Origin: Promethearchaeota archaeon
GTDB taxonomy: Archaea; Asgardarchaeota; Lokiarchaeia; Sigyniarchaeales; SOKP01
Assembly: GCA_029838195.1 (NCBI GenBank)
Contig: JALGVJ010000013.1
Location: 1-64,000 of the forward strand
Direction of reading: 5' to 3'
Length of the DNA: 64,000 bases
Shown: in pieces, positions 62,709 through 64,000 of the stretch
How positions within the stretch are numbered: the stretch's first letter is position 1
Layout: every line of letters starts with the position of its first letter
Translations under genes and position numbers: made by a program
Notes under the pieces: model-generated
What the model was told of the DNA's origin: nothing
Database searches by the model: none
Seen by the model: only the letters and a program-made list of their open reading frames with translations

Positions 62709-62846
62709 ATAATTATTAACTTTCGTTCATAAAAAATCTTTATTGGATGATGAAAGAAGGGAGGAAAAAGAACAAGCCATCAAGAACAAAGGGGAAAACT
62801 ATGCATGCTCTTTTTCTAAAAAACAGGGTTTTTAAAAATAAAATCC

Positions 62847-63827
62847 TCATGTCATTCCAATATCTGATTCAATGAGGCGGGTTATTCCGATATCGAAGAA
62901 ATTATCAAAAATACTGAGAAAATAATTAATAATATTTCTAATTCGCAATTCATTTCCATCACCGTCATTAACTTCTATTTTCTCGAATCGTTCATGAAGG
63001 CTAGTTAAATAATCTTGAAATTGCGAAATTAATTCTAAAGAAACTTTTTCATAATTGTGGATGATTTGAATTAAGAGATCGGGAATTCTAGAAAGGAGTG
63101 GAGCATATTTCTGAATGATAGGGGTGGGAAGATTTTGAAGATTTAAGGACGCATTAATAAAATCTCTTGTATATAATAATATTACCCTATTACCTAAAAA
63201 GTGAATCACGGGTAAATTAGAAAATCCTTTAGAATAGGGATATTCGGATAATCCTGTAATAAGAATACGTGTACCTAAAGAATATTTTCTATCAATTTCT
63301 GCTAAAAGTAAGTCATCAAAATTACCTTTTCTTCCCTCTATAATATGGGATATAATAGTGTTAAATACATTAGCAAGATCTATTAAAACTTCGTAAAAGG
63401 TAGTTTTTCTCGTGTCTAATAAAAAATTAACGAAAAACTCATTAGTTTCGGGGAGATTTTTAAAATCTAAACCGATTATTTCTTTCCGGGATTCTATTAG
63501 TAATTCATATAAAAGAGACTCATTTTCTGGATAATATTTAATGAAGATTTTATCGGTGTTTAATTTAAATGCTGATATTAACGCTTGTTTCATTAATTTC
63601 AGGGGCCATTCTTTACTATCGATTCTTAGTACCGTCTCTTCTTCTTCGTCGTCATCTCTTGTTCGAATAATAATTGATTTATTATCGATTGGATAAAGAT
63701 TGACTTCAGATTTCTCTACTAAATGGGCTTGATTCGTCCATTCTTGGGGAAACGTTATTGCTTTAGAATTTCCCAATTTAATTACACTTCTCACGTATCT
63801 CTTTTTTAAATTGTCCTTTCTCGTCAT
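62847..63827 (-). CDS. PhoU-like regulator with N-terminal AbrB/SpoVT domain
   Basis: RSVIKLGNSKAITFPQEW AbrB motif; archaeal PhoU-type middle and helical C-terminus (EIDRKY). Confidence 0.72.
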   Translation of the reverse strand: MTRKDNLKKRYVRSVIKLGNSKAITFPQEWTNQAHLVEKSEVNLYPIDNKSIIIRTRDDDEEEETVLRIDSKEWPLKLMKQALISAFKLNTDKIFIKYYPENESLLYELLIESRKEIIGLDFKNLPETNEFFVNFLLDTRKTTFYEVLIDLANVFNTIISHIIEGRKGNFDDLLLAEIDRKYSLGTRILITGLSEYPYSKGFSNLPVIHFLGNRVILLYTRDFINASLNLQNLPTPIIQKYAPLLSRIPDLLIQIIHNYEKVSLELISQFQDYLTSLHERFEKIEVNDGDGNELRIRNIINYFLSIFDNFFDIGITRLIESDIGMT

Positions 63828-64000
63828 TTTATTTCATAAATAAGTAATTATAATGGTTATATTGATATATAAATAAAACAATTTATTATATGTTTTAAGT
63901 GTTATATAATTTTATTAAGATTTAAGAATCATGCGAAATAAATGAATGAGTAATAAAACGATTTAAATAATGAAAATTTTTCCAAAGATATCCATTTTCT

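Overview
AT-rich archaeal chromosomal DNA, very likely an Asgard archaeon (Lokiarchaeia/Promethearchaeota-like). This rests on an archaeal histone, Rpo3, the L18e/L13/S9 cluster, S8e, SRP19, a proteasome beta subunit, a Rag/Arf-like GTPase with a C-terminal extension, and BHB tRNA introns. The window is mostly housekeeping and metabolic genes (leuA, aminotransferase, hisI, trpS, glyA, aroA, aroC, msrB, hypA, trmI, Hef helicase, hydrolases, transporters). Main non-obvious signals: (1) a 39-codon Leu-rich leader ORF ending in (TTA)7-TAA, followed by mutually exclusive hairpins and a T-tract, directly upstream of leuA, i.e. a candidate ribosome-dependent leucine attenuator in an archaeon; (2) a circularly permuted TTL/YheC-like ATP-grasp ligase paired with an M14 carboxypeptidase, a candidate peptide-tag writer/eraser; (3) a tRNA-Pro(GGG) with two 30-nt introns, one in the T-loop; (4) a small decayed island (panE fragment, 19-bp tandem duplication, Gp88-like Cys protein, C5 DNA methyltransferase remnant); (5) a 1476-aa prenyltransferase-repeat/coiled-coil/winged-helix membrane-anchored protein. 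No CRISPR array, rRNA or intact transposase was seen. All calls are from motif recognition by eye; no database search was run.
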